From: an uncultured Bdellovibrionales bacterium
GTDB taxonomy: Bacteria > Patescibacteriota > Minisyncoccia > Moranbacterales > UBA1568
Assembly: GCA_964436855.1 (NCBI GenBank)
Contig: CAYTED010000001.1
Span: 64,129 to 128,128, forward strand
DNA: 64,000 nt
Reading direction: 5' to 3'
The notes beneath the pieces are model-generated. The model saw only the letters and a program-made list of their open reading frames with translations, was not told the origin of the DNA and ran no database searches. How positions within the stretch are numbered: position 1 is the stretch's first letter; every line of letters begins with the position of its first letter. Position numbers and translations under genes: made by a program. Of this stretch, positions 62,037 to 64,000 are shown piece by piece.

Positions 62037-63860
62037 TCAAATATCCGACTTTCGGATGAAGATCACTCCGCCGGACGCAACCGATTCGGCAAGTATTTTT
62101 TTCACCACAACATCTTCGATTCGATCCTCAATAAATCGATTGATCGATCGTGCGCCGAATTCCGGTTCGTAGCCTTTCGCAAGAATTGTTTCCGCAACTC
62201 CCTCTTCAAACGACACGAGAATATCTTTTCGCTGTTTCAACTTGTCCGCAAATTGCACGAGTCGGTTCCGGACAATATTTGCAAGCTCGACATCGTCAAG
62301 CGGACGAAAAAAAATAATCGCGTCAAAACGATTGAGGAACTCCGGACGAAAAGTCCCTTTCTGAATAATTTCGCCCACAACTGATTTTCGCATTTCGTCA
62401 TACGGAACGTTTGCAAGAATCGCACTTCGAATTGATGCCGCTCCCGCATTCGATGTCGCAATCACGATCATATTTCGAAGGTTCACCTTCTTTCCAAATC
62501 CATCGGTAAAAAAACCTTCGTCGAGACCCTGAAGAAAAATATCAAGCGTCTGCGGATACGCCTTTTCGATTTCATCGAGGAGAAGAATACTGTACGAATG
62601 TTCGCGCGCGAGATCGGCGAGTCTCCCTGTCTCCCCTGTTTCCGGAGAACCAATCAATCGCAACACCGAATCCGACGATTGAAACTCGCTCATATCAAGG
62701 CGAATCATCCGTTCTTCGTCATCAAAAACCGCGGCTGCAAGCGCCTTCGCCGTTTCGGTTTTCCCGACACCGGTCGGACCAAGAAACAGAAAAGATCCGC
62801 GCGGTTTCTTTTCGTCCGCGAGTCCGGCACGCCCGCGACGAATCGCTTCCGCCACCTGTCGAATCGCCTCTTCCTGACCAAGTACACGTTCTCGCAAAAC
62901 ATCTTCCAAATTCAACAATGTTTCCCGTTCCTCTTCCTCGATCTTTCCAACCGGCATACCGGTTTTCATCGAAACAAATCGCTCCACGTCTTCGGGAATA
63001 ATAAAATCATTCGAGGAGTGTTCTTTCCAAAAGAGAATGACTTCTTCCGCAAAATCGATCGCTCGCTCCGGAAACGCCTTATCCCACTCATACCGTTTCG
63101 AGAGATCGACAATCGACCGGAATGCGGCAAACGTAAAGAGAACGCGCCGCCGCTCGACTGATTCAAATTTCGCGATCAGCGCTTCGTACGTCGTCTCTTC
63201 ATCCGGCTCGCGAATCGTGATCGTCTCAAAGTGCTTGAGAATTTCTCCTCCGTCTTTTGCGAATCGATGATACGCGGCGGTATCCATCGTCCCGATAATT
63301 CGGAGCGCGGGAAACGAGAGCGCCTCCGAAAGCACCGCGCCAAACGACGAGTGTCCGTTTTCCGGAAGGAGAAAGGTGTCAAGATTTTCAATAACGAGAA
63401 TGATATTTCCCGCGAGCGTCGCCTCGTACAAAAGTTCGCGCACGAGAGCGTCCGGATCTTCATTTCGCGCGGCGGCATCGGAGAAAACCCGTCCGAGTTC
63501 AAAGACAAGCACGCGCTTTCCAAAAAGCGACCGCCTCGTTCGATTTTCACGAATACGGCGCGCGAGACTATGAATGAGCGTTCGCTTGCCGATTCCCGGA
63601 TCACTCACGAGAAGCGCGTTCGCCTGCGTCGATCGTTCAAGCAGAAGTTCAAGCATATCCTGCTCTTCTTCGCGTCCGAAAAAATGAATATTCTCATATT
63701 CGGTCGGATCCCCCTCGGAGAGGTCGAGTGCATATCGGTCGATCTTCGGTGTATAGGCATACGTCCACCCGATCCCGATCGGCACGCTCTTCGCCAAATT
63801 TTCTCTCGTCCAAAATTTCCCCCGTTCGAGGAGAAAATGAAACCGCCGCGACTCAAGCAC
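62037..63860 (-). CDS. ClpA/ClpB-like AAA+ ATPase lacking an obvious N-domain, with a degenerate D1 module and canonical D2; may extend past the window end
   Basis: D2 has Walker A LFLGPTGVGKTE, Walker B ILLLDEIEKA and sensor-2 PEFLNRFDAIIFF. D1 has SDPGIGKRT in place of GxPGVGKT and IENLDT in place of IDELHT. Confidence 0.75.
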   Translation of the reverse strand: MLESRRFHFLLERGKFWTRENLAKSVPIGIGWTYAYTPKIDRYALDLSEGDPTEYENIHFFGREEEQDMLELLLERSTQANALLVSDPGIGKRTLIHSLARRIRENRTRRSLFGKRVLVFELGRVFSDAAARNEDPDALVRELLYEATLAGNIILVIENLDTFLLPENGHSSFGAVLSEALSFPALRIIGTMDTAAYHRFAKDGGEILKHFETITIREPDEETTYEALIAKFESVERRRVLFTFAAFRSIVDLSKRYEWDKAFPERAIDFAEEVILFWKEHSSNDFIIPEDVERFVSMKTGMPVGKIEEEERETLLNLEDVLRERVLGQEEAIRQVAEAIRRGRAGLADEKKPRGSFLFLGPTGVGKTETAKALAAAVFDDEERMIRLDMSEFQSSDSVLRLIGSPETGETGRLADLAREHSYSILLLDEIEKAYPQTLDIFLQGLDEGFFTDGFGKKVNLRNMIVIATSNAGAASIRSAILANVPYDEMRKSVVGEIIQKGTFRPEFLNRFDAIIFFRPLDDVELANIVRNRLVQFADKLKQRKDILVSFEEGVAETILAKGYEPEFGARSINRFIEDRIEDVVVKKILAESVASGGVIFIRKSDI

Positions 63861-64000
63861 ACACGCTTCTTCAAAGAGTTCTCGCTGAATACCGGAAGAC
63901 GCAAGCCATGATTCGAACGAGGCGTTATCCGTGAGGGCGTTTTTCGGAATATATTTCGGTTTGATGCCGATCCGCGCGAGCGCCCGAGGAAACCATTTCT

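Overview
The window contains four blocks, all read by eye from the six-frame track and recalled family motifs, with no database searches. (1) Positions ~1-22.4 kb: a dense surface-glycan biosynthesis island. On the + strand it has a truncated AsnB-like amidotransferase, three class-I SAM methyltransferases, GT2 and GT4 glycosyltransferases. Divergent from it is a long minus-strand operon with a tandem double epimerase, CapD-like dehydratase, Wzx-like flippase, methyltransferase, HAD phosphatase, an unusual tri-domain fusion (nucleotidyltransferase + CofD/YvcK-like + GT2), and a GtrB/GtrA/GT-C-like lipid-linked glycosylation module. (2) Positions ~22.8-26.2 kb: a ~1110-aa secreted protein with a beta-helix, an LCAT-like lipase domain and Ig-like repeats. 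(3) Housekeeping and repair genes: uvrC (short form), uvrA, pseudouridine synthase, an RND efflux pair, exonuclease III, MiaB-family and RlmN radical-SAM enzymes, ychF, phosphomannomutase, a ClpA/ClpB-like AAA+ protein with an apparently degenerate D1 domain, and groEL with a CIRCE-embedded promoter but no adjacent groES. (4) A type IV pilus/competence-pilus-like locus: pilB, and separately pilC, a giant ~454-aa prepilin, a minor pilin, a PilX-like protein, and pilM/N/O. Further GT4 genes, an epimerase and a metallophosphoesterase lie at 57-62 kb. No rRNA, tRNA or CRISPR arrays were seen. The gene content (many GTs, T4P, standalone groEL, compact overlapping operons) is compatible with a small-genome, possibly CPR/Patescibacteria-like organism, but that is inference only.
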